The position numbers and the translations under genes are program-made. Below, piece by piece: positions 26,704-41,135 of a DNA stretch of 64,000 bases (position 1 is its first letter; every line of letters starts with the position of its first letter). The notes beneath the pieces were generated by a model. That model was not told where the DNA came from, did no database searches, and worked only from the letters and a program-made list of their open reading frames with translations. This stretch comes from Podarcis tiliguerta (lineage: Eukaryota). The stretch lies in NCBI GenBank assembly GCA_965153285.1, contig OZ229111.1. The stretch is one strand, 5' to 3'.

Positions 26704-26954
26704 TAAGAAGAGAAGAAGAGTTTGGATTTGATATCCCGCTTTTTCACTACCGGAAGGAGTCTCAAAGTGGCTAACATTCTGCTTTCCCTTCCTCCCCCAC
26801 AACAAACACTCTGTGAGGTGAGTGAGGCTGAGAGACTTCAAAGAAGTGTGACTAGCCCAAGGTCACCCAGCAGCTGCATGTGGAGGAGCGGAGACGCGAA
26901 CCCGGTTCCCCAGATTACAAATCTACCGCTCTTAACCACTACACCACACTGGCT
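26704..26954 (-). mobile_element. tRNA-derived CORE/MIR-like SINE (Squam3-like)
   Basis: Minus strand AGCCAGTGTGGTGTAGTGGTTAAGAGC...GGGTTCGCGTCTCC head, TGACCTTGGGC core, (CTT)-rich tail. Confidence 0.8.
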
Positions 26955-29900
26955 TAATGAAGTCTTGAACTTCTTCTTATACCCTTCTTTATAACATAAG
27001 AAAGAGTTTTCAGAACCAGTAGCAGAATCACGTTTGTTGAAGTAAGGAGAAAGAGAGGCAGATATCATGAAAGGACACCGGCTTCTCTCTGGTTTCGCCA
27101 TCTTTAATGGAGCTAAGGTACCCTCCAACACAAGGACAGTCAGGATGCTTCTGCAAACAAAAAAGGGCTTATTCTTCTTGGGTTAAGCACGTGCTTTCTT
27201 TGATGTGTAGTTAGAAAGGTGAGCATATGAACCAAAGTTTCAACTGAACTGTCCAGACTAGCATGGATGGGGACCCTCTGGAGAGCAGCAGAGAATTCTG
27301 CCTGGAAGCTGATGGGCTTGAAGAAAGTAGAGGATTATCAATCATGCTGCACCGAACAGGATAAAGGGTATACTCTCTTAATCCTAGATATCAATATACC
27401 AATTCAGAAACCCAGAAACGTTAATGCTTGTGAAAATACTGTATGGCAAATCTAGCTGCTATTCTCCCCATCACACCCTACTGCACTGCACACCTCCCCC
27501 TTGCATCCAAATATAGTAATAGTCTGTAAAGGAGAAATCCATTCTTATAACACGCTCCCCGCTCAAGCTCTCAATCGAAGAAGTCTGCATGCTACACTAC
27601 AGCTTGATCATGCAAACCTGTCAGCCTCTGTCTGCCAAAAGGAGAACCACAGCAAAGGAGAAAATCATGCTGCAGAAATGCTCAATCAATCCAGTACAAT
27701 ACTGGAAAAGGTTACATTAAAGGGGAAGAAAACGGTTGTAGTGGGAAGAACAGGACATGGAAGAAAGCCAAAACAGAAGCAGAGCAAAGCAGGAAGGTTC
27801 AGTTGATGGGCATAAGCAGGTACTGCACACAGGATGGAAGCAGAGGAAAAGAGAAACACTAGTTAGGCTGCTGACATTGGAGTATTCACCAGATACTTCA
27901 GATGATGTGGTTTGCCAGCTATGGGGCATAACCCTACATGGCCATTTCAGGCCAGCACTGACTGAATTCAACATGAACTCTACTTTGAATGACAATGGCT
28001 AGGAACAGGGAGGCAGAAGTGCAGGCAGAGCAGACTCACACATTTTGCAAGCTTCATAAATCAGCTTAAATTATTGTAATGGTGATAGCTAAGCTAAAAG
28101 GACAACCCAGTTCCAGCTGCTGGCATGCCCATACAAGGCTTTTCTTTAAACCAGCAGTTTAACCAGAGTTGAAACCAGGCTCAATGTACCAATCATATTA
28201 AATGTGATAGAAACTTGCACCAGATGTATTTGAAAAAAAGATCTCTTGTGTTAAGAGCAAATTACCAACTTATTATTTTAAGTCATGGAAATTATTATTT
28301 TTGCAAATCACCTCTAAACTGAGACTGCTGATAGAGCTTATATACCTGACTGCTCAAGAAAGGCACCTGGAGTTTCATGGCATAATAATGTTTTCTTTTG
28401 CTTAAACTTCCCACATTGCAGCTTTAAGGCATTCCCCTAAAGCCAGTTCAAATAGCTCCATATTGTCTCTGCTTGTAAGCCACTAGTTACTTTAAACCAG
28501 GAAGCGGTGGATTTAATGTGATTTAATATTCTGATTAAGAATGCATGAAATAACCACACATGTGATAAAGGGTTAAAATTAAATCGTCATAAACCAGGAA
28601 ATTAAGTCCCTGATGCTTCTAGAGAATGAGTTACAAAGTCAGTATTACTGATATGTTCTCAGTGAAATATGTCTATCTATGCAATAATAAATAAAAAGTC
28701 CTGCATTTTAGCAAAGAGATTTCCATGAAAAATTGAAACTAATAGAAGTCAAATTTCTAAAGCCACAATCCTGCTGGGTTAGGTGGGGAAAATATATCTG
28801 ACCTTCAGAAGTATTAGAAAGATAACTGTGAATCCTCCGTATTTCCAAAAATATTTGGTTATATTTAATTATGCTCTGTGTCAGTCCCCATGCCTTTAAT
28901 TTTAAAAACCCAATCAGTATTCATAGGTTTAGCATTTGTTCAAAATCTGAAGTTACACCAAATATTATCACTATCCTGGAAGTTCAAGGCTCACAAACCA
29001 TGCAGTCACTTCTAAGATCACTTTCTCTCAAGAGATGATGAAATGAAGGCACATACAAATGTATTTCAGCTATCCAGACAAACTGGCATTCTTCTGAACA
29101 TACATTCTTCATGGGCCATGGAGATCGGCTGCCTTTTTATGGAAGGTACTTTAGAGACAGTGACTTATATCCAATGTTAGTCATATCACTGAAATTAATG
29201 GACTTGACCAACTTAAGGTGACCAATTTCAATGGTTCTAAGTAAATGGATAAAATTCCATCACTTGATCCTGTTTCTTCCTGGCATATACTGAATTAATC
29301 CTGTGCCAGGCAAATTACAGATCTGATTATGAGTGAGGTTCAAGGAACGCCAACCAACCACACAGGGAATGAGAATGAAGACTAGACTTAACACTTCCTT
29401 TTAGCTTTCTATTTGAATATTTAAAAAAAAAAAAACTTTTACAAAGAAAAATAGGCCTGGCAACGGAAGTGACAAAAGGAAGAAAGCATGTTATCTCAGG
29501 GTTTTTTTTTTACTTCTAGTGACTGAGACAGCCTTCATGTGGTAGCATGTGGTAGCATTCCAGAGTCACAAATACAGTGAAGCATCATTGGTCTGTTACA
29601 TTTCTGCGAAGGAGTGATTTTTTGCTATATAAGGCCAAGCTGGTCTCTATATAAGCAAGCAATCTTGAATTCTGTGCTTAATTTTCTTTTAAAAATACAA
29701 TCTACAGTTCGTCCCTGTGAAATAATGTATGCAAATAAAATCAAGTGGCATAATTTGTCATCGTTGCTCAATTTGTATGGATTTTTTTTTTTCATTTGGG
29801 GATATTTGAAATTGTTTATTCTCCAATGGTTGTCATGCGGACGGTAGGCAGGACTTCCATAACAATGGGAGGCAAAGGTTCTTTTCACACAAGGAGACTT

Positions 29901-30373
29901 TAAAAACAATATTGCCTAGAAGGGCCATTTTAATAATGTCTACCTCCAACCTGCCGTTCCGCTACTGGACTGCAAGTGCTTCTGTATCTTTTCCCCCCCA
30001 AGACAACAATCTATAGGCCTTTCATAACTCAGGCCTCTTGTGATTGAGAAGACAAGCTAAGCAGGCAAAGGCCAAGACAGCATTTGAATGAAAAAGTTAA
30101 CTAGAGCATGACACAGAATCATCTGTAGAGGGATAAGAGCAGTTTCAGGTTGCAGAAACTGCAAGCTGAGAGATGTGGGCCTGCGTCTTTGCGCTCTGGA
30201 AACTTCCCTTCCATAATGAAGCACAAAAATGGTTTTATTTTAATTCTAGCAGCTGCATTCTATCTTCCTAATCTCCCCATCCTCCAAAACCTGGTCATTT
30301 TTAGCACCAAGCATTCTACTACCTATTCCAAATGAAATGGCTGGGGAAACTCAGCCAGATGGGTGGGATATTA

Positions 30374-30420
<47 letters not shown>
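30374..30420. repeat. (ATT)n microsatellite
   Basis: About 15 ATT units. Confidence 0.95.
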
Positions 30421-30421
<1 letters not shown>

Positions 30422-33339
30422 ATGCAGCATGCTGTCCCACAGAACAGGATGCAGAACTTGTGGCTCTCCAGATGTTCCTGGACTACAACACCCATCATCC
30501 CTCACCACTGGCCATGCTGGTTGGAGCTCATTAGAATCCAACAAGATCCCCCAACCCTGGCTTAGAAAGTGGTTGTACAGCAGTACTTAGTGAAATAACT
30601 CAAGCCTATATTGTTGCCTGCATCCCAAAATGCATATAGCTTATATGCCTTTTCACTTCTACATTAATGAAAAGAATAAAGATTCTGAATATCCATTTTA
30701 AAACAAACAGTCCATCAATCATTGGAGAAGTGTACCAGAGAGGAAAAGTGGCACTGCACCGTTTAAATTGCAAAATGTCTCACTCACTATCCAGCAATAT
30801 GATCCATGAATCCCTTTGGAATTCAAGCAGCAAGCTGCCATGTTCCTCTTTGACTACATTTACCCAGAAAGAAGACATGGAAGTGCACCATTTACAGAAA
30901 AATCCTAGGCATGGCTACTTTTAAAGTCCCAGTGGTCTCTCACATTTCAGGGAGGAACATGTTTTTTGAGACACAGCTAATGTATTTTATACAGGTAGTT
31001 GCCAATCCTATATATTTGCAAGTGTCACCTGGGTTTCTTCATCTGCCAATTCAATAGACAGCTTACAAAATAATATTTGTGGGATTGTTCTTTGTCATTA
31101 GACTTCTAGGCAATAAAAGACACAGTGGTCATATTTTAAACTTTCTATACAGCCACAATAGAAAAAAACAATTCAAAGTTAAAGCTGGAATCTTCCCATT
31201 CCCTCAAATATAAGAGAAATTAACTAAAATTAAGTTTTCCAATAAATAATTGAAAAAAATGAAGCCAAAACGTTGGAGCTGAGATGGGATTTTGTGGCAG
31301 TACCTGATCAGGTGTGCAGACTCAAGTGAAACTAACCCACCTTGCTCGCAAGCTGCTCTGGTTGCATAGTTAACCTTGGTCAACAGTGAGTTGCCTGTAC
31401 CATGTGCACTTCAGATGGCTGCCATGAACTGGCAAGTCAAGAGGAACACATGCTTAAACCTAATAATCATACAAACTATCAATCTGCTGCTTTTAGAAGA
31501 AAGTGTTAGAATAATAACTACTTGAAAATGGAAGGGTAAGAAATTCTGCTGGATGGCAGCTGCAAAGAACAAGTGGCATAGCACAAAAGCACAGGTAAGA
31601 GCTAGTGGAAGGCAAGACTGGAAAGCATTGGAAGGTAATCTAATGAAACACATTCCCATCCTGAAAGGCTTCAAAGCACTGTAAGGCAAGCATCCACTAG
31701 ACAAAATGGCAGACTAGCCCCTGTACTTTCTATACTCAAAGACTGCTGCCTCTAGGGTAGAAAAACAATGCAGTAGCTGTTTCACAATGCACAGCTAAAG
31801 TAGCTCAGGGTAGAAGGTGAAGAAACCCATTTGCATAAACTAAAGACTGTGACATTAACATTTACAGAGCAACCCTCTTCATGTACTACCATGGACTCGT
31901 CCAATCTGCCATGGATGCTTTGGTTGAGATTCCTGCATTGCAAGGACGAGATAACCCTCAGGGTCCTTTCCAACTCTACAGTTTTTGATCCTATGATTCT
32001 ATAAGCACCAATATGCCCAGAACCTAATTAATTCATTAATCTTAATAAGAGATATCGCTACAGCAATATTAACAGTACAGCATCCTTTTAACTTCCAGAG
32101 CATAATTTTAACATCCAGAAGATCAAGGACAGCTCTCTGTAAGAGGCAGGGAAGATTCCAGCACCATGCAACAGCAGCAACTAATTAAAAAATGAGGAAT
32201 TAACTTTATTTCTGCTGTAGACTCCTACCCCGTATCATGTAGGGTATGGCATTAGATCTGTGCTTCACTGAATTTTATTAACTGTTTAATGCATGTTCTT
32301 AAACAATAAAATAAAATAAAGCTATCTCTCACCTGACCGTATATTATCCAATTACAGCTTATTTAGGTAGCAATTATATATTTACGGCACACATCTCCAA
32401 AATATGTGCAATAAAAGCCCCAGTGAATAACACTGGTCCAGAGAATTGTCTGAAATAGCTCATTTAGGTCCATGTCTGAAGCTTAGCATATTTGGGACCA
32501 AATGATACCTAGACAGGAATCTGCATGGAAAACCTGTTAATAGTAATCAAAATTCTTTTGGGGGGAAAGAGGCATACAAAGGTATCAAATACATATAAAA
32601 ATATGCCCTCCTGAGATTATATCAGAAACATAGTCTGGCACCGTTGTGGGATGCAGCAGACACTACTAGGAGCTTCATAGAAATCTGAGCCCTGCTCAAC
32701 TCTAAGGAAAGCTACTCTGTTCCCATCTTAAAATCCCTACAGCAGCTGCCCTTGACTAAGAGGGCAGTCTTGACTTCCTGCCCTAAAGCAAACTAGTGTA
32801 CAACAGCACTGACAGTTTGCTTCTGGGTTCTACCTCAGAGGCAACTGCACATCACAAAAAGCAGAGCCTATTTAATTTTGCTGTATGCAGGTTGACATTT
32901 TGACATTGCCTTTCCATTCAGGAAAATCTAAGGAAATGTATGGCAATATGAATTTCTGCCATTTGCCACTTGAGGGCTCTGGCACATTAAAGTGGAAGGT
33001 GGAAGATAGAAGGTGGGAAATATCAGTGTGAAAATTTAATGGTTACCTGTCTTCAGAAAGTGCTTTGACATCATCAGGAAAGGAAGGTGCTAAGCAACTA
33101 CTGCAGCTGTGGACAATCAAAACATGTTTTCATGCATGGCCTTACATACCGCTTTGCCTAGCCAGTCTTGGCAAGTAAGGCTAGATCAATAGTAAAGGAG
33201 AATACGAAAGTGGGGAAGGAAGCAGGGTCAGACACACACTTGGAAGAGAAGCAGACAAGTGGCAATTCTATGCAGTTGAAGGAAGCATTAAATAAATGAT
33301 GCAAGAAATCCAAGCTGCGATGATAAAAAGTTCTGGTAC

Positions 33340-33387
33340 CTGCACGTTGGGATGGAGCGGGAGCAGGGCTTAGAGTGATCACAATAA
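33340..33387 (-). CDS. MAP2K7: MAP2K7 alternative 48-nt cassette exon 2 (gamma isoform)
   Basis: ccag|TTATTGTG...CGTGCAG|gtacc encodes (I)IVITLSPAPAPSQRA; frame-preserving. Confidence 0.93.
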
Positions 33388-34853
33388 CTGGATTGGGAAA
33401 AGGAAGAAAAAAACACGATAAATCACAACAGAAACAATCAAATCATCAAAATGAAAATAACTCATATTCAAATCAATTTCAGGATAAAGAGTGGAGGTGG
33501 CAAGAAACCAACAAAGGGGACAGACAAGGTGAAAATGTGATGCGTCAAACAGTAAGGAATCAATTCCACAGGTTTCACATCCCTAGCGCTTCTAACATGA
33601 AAAACAGCTATGGTTCTTGTTGTTAGTCAACAATTCCCTTGCACAGCAGTGTTCTGGTCATTGGCCTTCCTTCATTCCAGAAAGCAAAACCCATTCACTA
33701 TGGCGTCATCAACAATCTAGCCCAGTGCTTCACAATCATAGATATACATGAAATGTACTTAAAGGACCCAGGGGCAAAGCTCTAATTTTTCAAAGTCAGC
33801 ATCGTCTATGTTCCAAGATTGCACCTGGCTGACTATATTATGTGCATCAAACTCCACTTCTTTTAGGCACCAATGCCGTTCAAATATTTCATATTCCTAG
33901 ATGCCTAGGAAACCTTTTATCTGTGATGTTCCAAGGTCTGATCACAGTATAAAGACTTGCTTTAAAGGCCATGATCTTGCTATACTCTCAAAATGACGTT
34001 TACTAACAGCATTTTAAACCATAAGAGGTAACTAGGATAATCTAAAGACGATAACATAAATTATGCTCCTTGATTCTATTTATGTTACACAGACCTCTCA
34101 TAAGCAACATCTCATGAAATATTTTCTACTTTAAGGTATCAAAACATTCTAGTTTTTACCCAAGTACTCAGATGCTAATAACTTCTCTTCATTTCCCCTT
34201 GAAAATTGCTTTCTAAAAGACTTCCACCCCAACTGATGCACGTAAGTAATTTCTTTTTTGTTATAAAATATGCCCATTCTCTAAGAAAAAATAAAAGGTA
34301 AAAAAAATCACAAAGTTTTTAGTTGATCCCCAAGACGTAGAAGCAGAAATGATTGCTCCTGCTTTTGAAAGCTAATGAGATTTAAAAACAACTGATAAAA
34401 ACAGTATCTTCTGCTAACAGCCTCTACCTCAGGGATGAAGGACCTGGGGTCCTCCAGAAGTTAATAGACTTCCAACTCCCATGAGACCCAGACAGCACTG
34501 CCAATTGTCAGGGATGATGGGAACTGGATTCAAACAACCTCTGTAGGGCCTTAAGTTCCCCACCCGTACTCTAGCTTATCAAAAGAAAACCGCCACTATC
34601 TGAACCATCACCTTATTTCTTCTTTCATTCTGTTGGACCACCACTACATGCCCTGAAAGGAAACAAGATCTGAAATAGGATATGAACTCCTTGCTTCATG
34701 ATAACACATGGAAGTTAATTAACTGGCTTACTGATCTAAATAATGTTATAAGCAATATGAACAGCAAACAAAGTACACCTGCTCGTAACATCAAATCATA
34801 TACATACAATGAAAAGCTCTCTGGTATTGCTTCTTGCAGACTGAGGCATAAGG

Positions 34854-35332
34854 CAGTGGTTTTCGATCAGTGTGCCATGGCAACCTGGGGTGCCTTGAGT
34901 GATGTTCAGGGGTGCCATGGGCAATACTGGCCTCTGTCCCTCTTTTCCTCCCTTCATCTGATGCTTTCTCACATCTCTGCCTCCAAAAGGTCTGCACAGT
35001 TGTTTGTTGCGGCAGCCTTGGCTACAAGCTCCCAGGTGAATGGTGTGTCTGGAGCTGACCAGGGCGTGCTTCCCAGGCCCCTGTGGGGCAGTGAGAGGAG
35101 GCACCTCTCTTTGGGGCAGGGGAGGCAGCTCAGATACCAGGGGTAGCAGCTGCAGATGCCCAGAGGACTCCCATGGGGAGAAGAGAGGAGGCTGAGGGAG
35201 CCCTCCACAAGGGAGCTGCCAGCTCGGCAGGCAAGGGGTGACATAACTGGGCTCCTGAGCCCCACAGGGGTATCGCACAAAGAATGTAGTTGGTCAAGGG
35301 AGCCATGGACCCCAAATGGTTGAAAAACTGTG
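34854..35332. mobile_element. hAT-like non-autonomous DNA transposon
   Basis: Imperfect TIR CAGTGGTTTTC...GAAAAACTGTG; 8-bp TSD gcataagg/ccataagg. Confidence 0.65.
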
Positions 35333-37178
35333 CCATAAGGATTACTTGGTAGGACTTATGTCACAATGAAATCAATTTTATAACCTACCAATGATGGCAT
35401 CATTCACATTAAAAACCTAGTTATACTTCCAAATATATTCTCTTGAGCTTTTATACTCTTCAAAACCAGTTCAAGACACCATTTATTGTGAATATTAATT
35501 GTAAATGTATAAGAAATCCCAATTTCCACTCCGTTTTTGCAAGTAAGAGCCTGAATAAACAAGAACTGATGCTCACCATCTTAATAAAATAAATCAAGAA
35601 GCCATGTCTCGGTCATCATTTTACTTTCCCCCTCATTTTAGTCATGGGTTCACTAAGAGACATTGGGAAGCAAATCTCTCTAAACTACAGCCCCTTTCTT
35701 AAAAGTGGTACATACAACTTTATAGAGTTGCTATGATCACATTATCACTGAAAAGTGTTTTTACACAAGAGCATTGTTACAAGAATTATAAGTATGAGAA
35801 GTCTATACCAATGTAGCAACTTGTCAAAATTCTACTTGCCTCATGCTAATAATTTTAAAAGGTGTCTTAAATTGTCATTATTAAGTTAAAATGGATTAAC
35901 CTGATCTGCTTTAAAAGAGAGAATTTCAGCAAGGCAACTTTCGAACACTCCATTTTCATCACGTTCATTTACATCTGGCATATAAGCACCCAACAGCACA
36001 AACCAGAAGTCACACATATTCTACAGGAAACTACTATTAACATCTTCTTACAAAAAGCCTGCAATTATGAAGACATGGCCACATAAGTCATTCTCAAATT
36101 TCATTCTCTAAAAGGATACCTACATGCAAAATGAGATGCGATAGCCTGAAATGTGAATCAAAGTGCAGTGTAGAATTCAGGAATTTTATATCAGAAGCTT
36201 GAGAGTACGGCAAAAAACATCAAGTACATAATAGCTTTTTGTTGCCTTTGTGGACTACCCAGAACAAAATAGAAAGAGTTGAAATTCATAAAAGTCACCT
36301 TCAATAAAAACTTTTTATTCTGCATAAAGCAGACTGAAAGACTCACATTACACTTAAGTTTGAGGCTAGTGTGTAAAACAAAAATCCTGGAGGTGCATCT
36401 GGACTCTCCATAAAGCATAAACTTTTGTTTCTCCTTTTAATCTCTCACCTACACTACCCTTGTCTCATTCCACTAGAGAAACCAAGTGTATGTATTGTCC
36501 TTTTTAAATGAATACAAAACCTCCTCTACCTCTACGATCTGGTAAATTAGACTTTCTCTGTTAAATAGCTGTGGATCATCCGACAAAGTAGGAAGGATAC
36601 AGAGCTTGGTTCTAGTTCCACTATACCATATAAGAAGGTCGCATCTATTCTTATGAAGAAATGCTTCTTAATTAGGGAAGGACCATGACTCTGTCACTCT
36701 TGTGAAATATTTTGTAAACATTCTTAAGGTTAATGGGGTACATTATTAGGCATTCGTGAACACTATCTCCCTCACACAAATGTGTGAAAAGTAAGCATAC
36801 AAGATTTCAGAAAGACAGAATGTGACCTAAACAGAAGTACATTGAATAAATATTTAGAAAGCCTAGATCAGAAATGGTTATTCAATTGGATGGGGGGTTA
36901 GTTCAATGACTCTCCCCATGTGTTCAAAGTTAAGGGGTTTGCAGAACCACATGAGCAGGAATTGGCTCTTGCCAATTACACAGCAGGAAGGCCCACTCAC
37001 CTGCAATTAGCACACAGGAGAAGGGGCTCTACAAATATACCAACATCTGTGCATCAAGATCCCAACTTATGTGGAGAACCTTGATGCACACGACTGATGT
37101 TTTACCGTGGTTTCCTATTTTGTTGGAAGCCTCCCACAGTGTTGGGTAACCCAGTCAGATGGGTAGCAAATAAATAAC

Positions 37179-37219
37179 TATTATTATTATTAGTAGTAGT
37201 AGTAGTAGTAGTAGTAGTA
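37179..37219. repeat. (TAT)n(TAG)n microsatellite
   Basis: Seen directly. Confidence 0.9.
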
Positions 37220-40129
37220 TAGCAAGCCTCTTTTCACATAATAAAGTGTGGGGTACAGGGCTGCTAGATGCTGCAATAGAGCCAGGATTAACTCATGCAG
37301 CCCCACAATCCTCCTCACATAGTCTCTGAATACATGGAAGGGTTATCAGAAACCTCCCCTAACTAATTACACACACATAACCTACTAACCTATGGTAACA
37401 TACACAGTGTAATCTCCACTTCCAGCTTCTAGACTCAGGATTGAAAGAAGCTACATCCAAGCCACAAAACCTCAATGGAAAGTGGAACCAGAAAGCATTA
37501 CACTCACATTAAACCCACAACTAGTTGTAGGAGCTAAAGCATCCCTTCCCATCCCCCACCCCCGACATCCTGCACCAGGTGAGCTGATTTGAAAAGTGGC
37601 TCAAAACTGAATCTGTTCTTTGTTCTTTATTGGATATTAAAGAACAATTCAAATATTAGCATTACACTATTGGAACTGCTCGTCTATATCCTGGATTCAG
37701 AAAACCCCAGTACTATGTAGATACAAGAACCACGTGGGTGCATGGGATAATATAATTACTTCCCACACCACCAGGATAAGAAACAACCACATTCCAATTT
37801 CAATCTCAGCAGAGATCATGTAATACAAGGACCAGAAAACAGAAGAGAATCCCATTCTGTCTCTGGCCAGGACAGCAGGGCCACTGGGAACCTGCACCCC
37901 CTGCCTCACAGGAAGTAAGGCAAAAGGGAGACCAGTCTGGCCCCATTCATCAGCCAGAGAATGAGCAGCTGCCGGAATTTGCTTCCTCCCTCCCCCTTGC
38001 TTCTAGAAAGAACACTCAACTTCAATTGCCAGTTGCCCTGAGACTAGAGAGCTGATGAAAAGCAAGCTCTGGTCCCATCCAGCAGCTGCTAGATTGTATG
38101 TGTGAATTGGGGGTGGGGGTGGGGGGTTGTATTGTTACCTCCTGCTTGTAAGTTGCCTTGAAAATTGTTTGATTGAAAGGTGGGACATAAATCATCAAAA
38201 TTAATAAATAAGCATCCACTCACATGATGTTTGTTTGTGCACATTATCACGGCACTGCAGGTCCAGACAGTGTTGAAATAGCTCCCATGCTCCAGAGGTA
38301 ATTCAACTTTAAAAGCAGTGAGGAACAGATGAGCTTCACATTTTTCCTCCTTTAACTGACTTTAAAGGGAAATCTTCCGCCTTTCTCAGTGACATAGCTA
38401 CTTCTGGATTCTGCTCCAGCAGTAGGCAAATGCATGCAGTAGAGGCAAATGCAGGGACAGAGACATCCCAGGCACTATGCTGAATGGGGTAGAGTCTACC
38501 TACCTGCACAGGTAAGAGCCCTGTGCCTGCACCAAAACTTTGAGCTGTCCATGCTTAAATCTCAGTTGTTATAATTGGAGATTTGCTCCAGCCATAGTAA
38601 GACTATCAGAGGTACTCTGATCAACATATTAAGCCATTGGCTTGTCAGAAAATATTTATGATTTAGATTTTTTGTTCATTTAACTCTCGCCCTGGCAATT
38701 TCACCTTGGCCACACAAGTAAGTGCCTTATTCACAGAGACAGACTATACAGCTAGGATAATCTATTGCCAAACAATTAGAAATCAGATTTAAAAATATTC
38801 CAAATCTTTTCAATGTCACTATCATTGTACTATACATTCTATGTTGCTTATGACAAACTTATACATGTTATCAATACACTTTCTAATATTTTGTCCTGTG
38901 TGCCAAGTAAACTAGTAGCAATACAATACAATTACAGGGGGAAATCCTTCAGTGATACAAAAAAATATTATTCCATGTTAAATTTCAGCTCTGTATCTCA
39001 AAACATGGGTCAAACAGCTATAGTAAGCATAAAAACTTGAGCTGTTGGTTGATCATGAAAATTTTAGTCTGTTCAAAACCAGTAGCTCAAGTTTGTAGGT
39101 TTTGGCCCATACTCTACTCTACTGACTGAGCTTTTCTGGCTGTGAACAACCCTGACAACTTTATTAAAGGGAGGCCTATAAATATGCCAAATAATTAAGT
39201 TCCTCCCTCAGCTCTCTTCTAAGTGAATATATTCACATCTTGCCATCAGTGATTCCCAAACTGCATGCTGGAGCATCTAATGTGTCATGAGAGAGGCTGA
39301 AGTGTGTCTTGAAAGAATTAAGTCACCATATTGGATGCCTACACTTGTCTATATCCCTCAGCATATGGAAGCTACAGGTAAGTCCTTGCCATAGTCCATG
39401 GTACAATTGGCAAGTGCTTAGTCTTCCTAGAAACACCAATGAAGATAACTAAACAGAAACAGTAAACCAAGATGCACTATTAACTAGACTATGACACAAG
39501 AAGGATCCCTGACACACATCTGAGTATAGGGTGAAAGATGCATTCAATTTTAATCCAAGATGGGGTGGGGAAACCATATGAGTTTTGGAAGCACTGCTAT
39601 ATACACAATATGGAACTTTCCTGTATTTAAATTAGAACTTAAATAAAGAGCTCTTGTGAACTTCTTTGTTTACAAAAAGATACTAGTCCAGCAAATGACA
39701 GGAACCTGATCTAGAGAAGCATACACTTGGGGACATTTCTGAGCACAGCATATCCCTATTTCATGGTATTCCTAACCCACCCCTCCTCCCTCTCCATTGC
39801 AGAGTGTGAGCAGTTGCTTAGACTTCCCTAACTTTAAAAACATAGTTATAATATGGCAATTGGGGGATCCTAAATCCACTTTTACTTCCTCCAGTATAAC
39901 AGTTACAGTATAACTCCTTGTATATCAGTTTTTCTAATCAGAATACAGTACATGGGAACTCCTCTTGGCCCCACGAAAGCAACTCTGAGCTCTAAGTACT
40001 GTCCTCATTTTTAAAGAAAATCTCAAAGAACCACGGTCCACTAACGCCATCACATCATAAGCTCAACACACAGGTGGTTTCCGATCCCCAGGAAGATCGA
40101 TTAGCCTAAGGTCCCCAATGACCTCCTGT

Positions 40130-41120
40130 CGGTGCCCCCCACTGATACACTCATTTCTTCTCCTTCCACCCTGAGTCCTCCTATAAAAACCCACACGCAG
40201 ATCATAGCCCGGGCACTAGGTCCCAGGTCCCAACTCTGTTCCCTACATGTTCCTTCCTTCCCGAACTCTTCCCCGCCCCCCACGCCCACGCCTTCCTCCA
40301 AGTCCCTTCCCCACTGGATTCTTTACCTTTCCCCTGGGTCTTCTTTCTCCCTGCCCCGGGGTGTCCTGGCCTTGGGCCTCCACCTCCCTCAGACTCCGTG
40401 GTAAACAAGAGCCCCCTTGTTTCCCCGCCCCGGGTTTCCCGACCCCTTCGCTTCTCCGGGAGGACCTTTCTCTACCGGCCCCTCTCCGGGGCAGCTCGGC
40501 TCTTCCCATCCCCGCCCCGCATCCCTCCGGCCCTGGGGCTCCTGTCCAGGCGGGCCCGTGTCAGTCGCCCAAGCAGGGGGGGGGGGCCTTCCGCGGAGCC
40601 TACCCTGCCGCCGCCCCCGTTTCCCCCCTCAAAGCCTCCCTTACTAGGCCGAGTCCTGGCCGGACTGATGTCCAAGTTGAGGTCGATGCGCCTCCGGGCC
40701 TCCCTGTTCTCCTGCTTCAGCTTGGCCTCCAAGCGGGACAGTTTCTGCTCCAGCGAGGACGCCGCCATCTTCCCCCCCCTCCCCCGGAGCCGCCGACGCT
40801 GCCGCCACCGCGCAGCCAGAATACACAAACACCGCAGTGCGCACGCGCCGAAAGGACCAACCAGGCCACCATATTATCATCCTCCTCCTCCGCCCACCGC
40901 AAAGGCACGGCTCCACTTTTGCCCGCTGTGCTTGTTTTGCCTCGCGGCTTTTCCTGGCTCGCGCATGCGCGAGGGCACCAAAGTGCTGCCCGAGCTCAGT
41001 ATCAACGCGGCCGCGCCGTCAATGATATTTTGGACGTTCTCCTCGCCAGTATTCGTGCATCTCCACTCAGCTTTGATGGGGACTAGGGAGCATGTCTGGG
41101 TGTCATGACGGGTCGGAGGC
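40130..41120. promoter_or_regulatory. CpG island / MAP2K7 promoter
   Basis: High GC and CpG around exon 1. NRF1-type GCGCATGCGC at 40961-40970; YY1-type AAGATGGCGGC over the start codon. Confidence 0.85.
40645..40768 (-). CDS. MAP2K7: MAP2K7 coding exon 1
   Basis: MAASSLEQKLSRLEAKLKQENREARRRIDLNLDISPARTRP; Kozak AAGATGG; 124 nt; donor A|gtaagg. Confidence 0.97.
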
Positions 41121-41135
41121 GTGTTAGAAGATGCT

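Noticed and set aside
30337-30590. Poly-Leu and poly-Ile ORFs resembling signal peptides
   Set aside because: Translations of the (ATT)n microsatellite and an adjacent MITE.
32333-33100. Extra donor-like sites (CAG|gtgag at 32333, CAG|gtaac near 33047) in MAP2K7 intron 2
   Set aside because: No convincing paired acceptor or recognisable peptide.
34682-35336. 154-aa and 160-aa ORFs
   Set aside because: They lie mostly inside a GC-rich hAT-like element and show no protein motifs.
40717-40872. Overlapping uORF with strong Kozak (AATATGG) upstream of MAP2K7
   Set aside because: Probably upstream of the TSS (inferred near 40840); cannot be supported without CAGE data.
40101-41108. Several long ORFs (279 aa, 236 aa and others) over the CpG island
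   Set aside because: Low-complexity Pro/Arg/Gly-rich translations expected from GC-rich, stop-poor DNA. Only MAP2K7 exon 1 is recognisable.
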